This document shows, in pieces, positions 62,848 to 64,000 of a DNA stretch of 64,000 bases (the stretch's first letter is position 1; every line of letters begins with the position of its first letter). Position numbers and translations under genes: made by a program. The stretch spans positions 1,568,001 through 1,632,000 of the forward strand of contig CAVVPN010000011.1 of the NCBI GenBank assembly GCA_963750165.1. The letters run 5' to 3'. The notes below the pieces were generated by a model. The model saw nothing but the letters and a program-made list of their open reading frames with translations, was not told where the DNA came from and made no database searches. The stretch is from an uncultured Gemmataceae bacterium. GTDB lineage: Bacteria > Planctomycetota > Planctomycetia > Gemmatales > Gemmataceae.

Positions 62848-64000
62848 GGCAGACCTCCTGAGTCGGCAGCGGAGCCGCGGACGCCCCGTGGAATCGGCTC
62901 CGCCGCGCTCCGCCGCGACGGGCCCGGTTGAGCACCAGTTCGGCGACGATGCGGCTGCCCAGCACACAGGCAACGGTCCCCAGCCCCGGCCAGGTCGAAT
63001 CGCCGACCAGGTAAAAGCCGGGAATGCCCAGGTCATGCGACAGGGCGTTCTGATTGGTGTTGGCCAGCGTTTGCCGCACCCCGCCGACCGCCCCGCCGGG
63101 CCGGGAAGTGAAGCGCTCGTAAGTGCGCGGCGTGCCCACCTGCCAGATCGCCACATGCCGGCCCAGTTCGGGATACACCCGACGCGCGTACTCCACCAGT
63201 TGCCGCCCGACGGTTTCCTTGCGCCGCTGATATTCCTCCTCCGGGAGTCCTTGCCACTCCTCCAGGTCGCAGTGTGTCGAAATCATGACGGCACGCCAAC
63301 CCGCCGGCGCGCTCTCGGTGTCACCGGGAGCGGACACCGACACGAACATGTTGTTGCCGTTTCCCAGGGGCTGCTCGTAACTCTGGAGCAGCTGGTGGTG
63401 CGTGAGGGCCTGGCCCGCGACCTCTGCTTCGGGCACGCCCAGGAACACGACGACGGCCCCGCCCAGGCTGCCGGCGTCTCGGCGCAAGACTGGACGCAGC
63501 GCCTCGCCGACGGCGGGCGGTCCGAGTTGCGCTGCCAGGGACGCCGGCAGCGCACAGACTACCTGGTGGGCGGGAAAGCAGCCGCGCCGCGTATCAACCA
63601 GATAATTGCCATCGGTTGTCGATTTAATACCGAGTACCCGGCAGCCGACGCGCAGGACGCCGCCGAGCCGGCGATAATGAGCCGCGAAGCGCTTCCAGAA
63701 CCCGTACATGCCGCCCCGGGGCCGCGTCAGGCCCGCCCCGCGAATGGTGATGCCGAGCGCTCCGTTGATCAGCGGGGCCTGGTCGAGCCGGCCGTGGACG
63801 GTGTCTTCCAGCAGCATCGCGAGCAATCCGCAGAGCGGGCGGTCGCCGCGCAACCCGAACCGCCGTAGCGTGTCGCCCACGGTGCGATTCAAAAAGCGCA
63901 CCAGGGGCCAGTGACGCGGGGCCAACGTCCGCGCCGCGCGCAGGAAATCGCTCCACGTTCGGCACGGCAGCTTGACGCCGGCTCGACTGCTTTTCCAGAA
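62825..64000 (-). CDS. Phytoene dehydrogenase (CrtI/CrtD-like) FAD oxidoreductase, 5' part outside the window
   Basis: GGMYGF, GTPRTYERFTSRPGGAVGG, YLVGDSTWPGLG. The frame is open to the window end. Confidence 0.85.
   Translation of the reverse strand, partial: FWKSSRAGVKLPCRTWSDFLRAARTLAPRHWPLVRFLNRTVGDTLRRFGLRGDRPLCGLLAMLLEDTVHGRLDQAPLINGALGITIRGAGLTRPRGGMYGFWKRFAAHYRRLGGVLRVGCRVLGIKSTTDGNYLVDTRRGCFPAHQVVCALPASLAAQLGPPAVGEALRPVLRRDAGSLGGAVVVFLGVPEAEVAGQALTHHQLLQSYEQPLGNGNNMFVSVSAPGDTESAPAGWRAVMISTHCDLEEWQGLPEEEYQRRKETVGRQLVEYARRVYPELGRHVAIWQVGTPRTYERFTSRPGGAVGGVRQTLANTNQNALSHDLGIPGFYLVGDSTWPGLGTVACVLGSRIVAELVLNRARRGGARRSRFHGASAAPLPTQEVCHDAAEQR

Overview
High-GC bacterial DNA, very likely a Planctomycete (Gemmataceae-like), inferred from the DUF1559, DUF1592/DUF1552, PQQ-like propeller and HEAT-repeat genes. 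Bases 1-10.7 kb are the right arm of an element integrated at the 3' end of tRNA-Lys(CTT). It carries a tyrosine integrase, an XRE regulator, small phage-like genes, a complete ISKra4/ISLre2-like IS (20-bp IRs, 9-bp target duplication) and a type III R-M locus (res-fic-mod). The rest is mostly core chromosome (purM, gpsA, holA, trpE, efp) with many palindromic repeats. Main highlights: (1) an 839-aa reverse transcriptase resembling the rare cellular rvt class, divergent from a WXG100/FtsK (type VII secretion-like) operon; (2) a hidden candidate selenoprotein (Cys-UGA-Gly with a SECIS-like hairpin) at 11891-12367; (3) a probable ~2,780-aa FixC-FixX-ACAD-ACAD-EtfB-EtfA fusion; (4) a ~240-bp structured repeat present as an inverted pair 6.5 kb apart; (5) a perfect 54-nt palindrome inserted in-frame in a DUF1592 gene. 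About eight small frameshifts in otherwise intact genes suggest assembly indel errors. All family assignments come from motif recognition by eye, not database searches.
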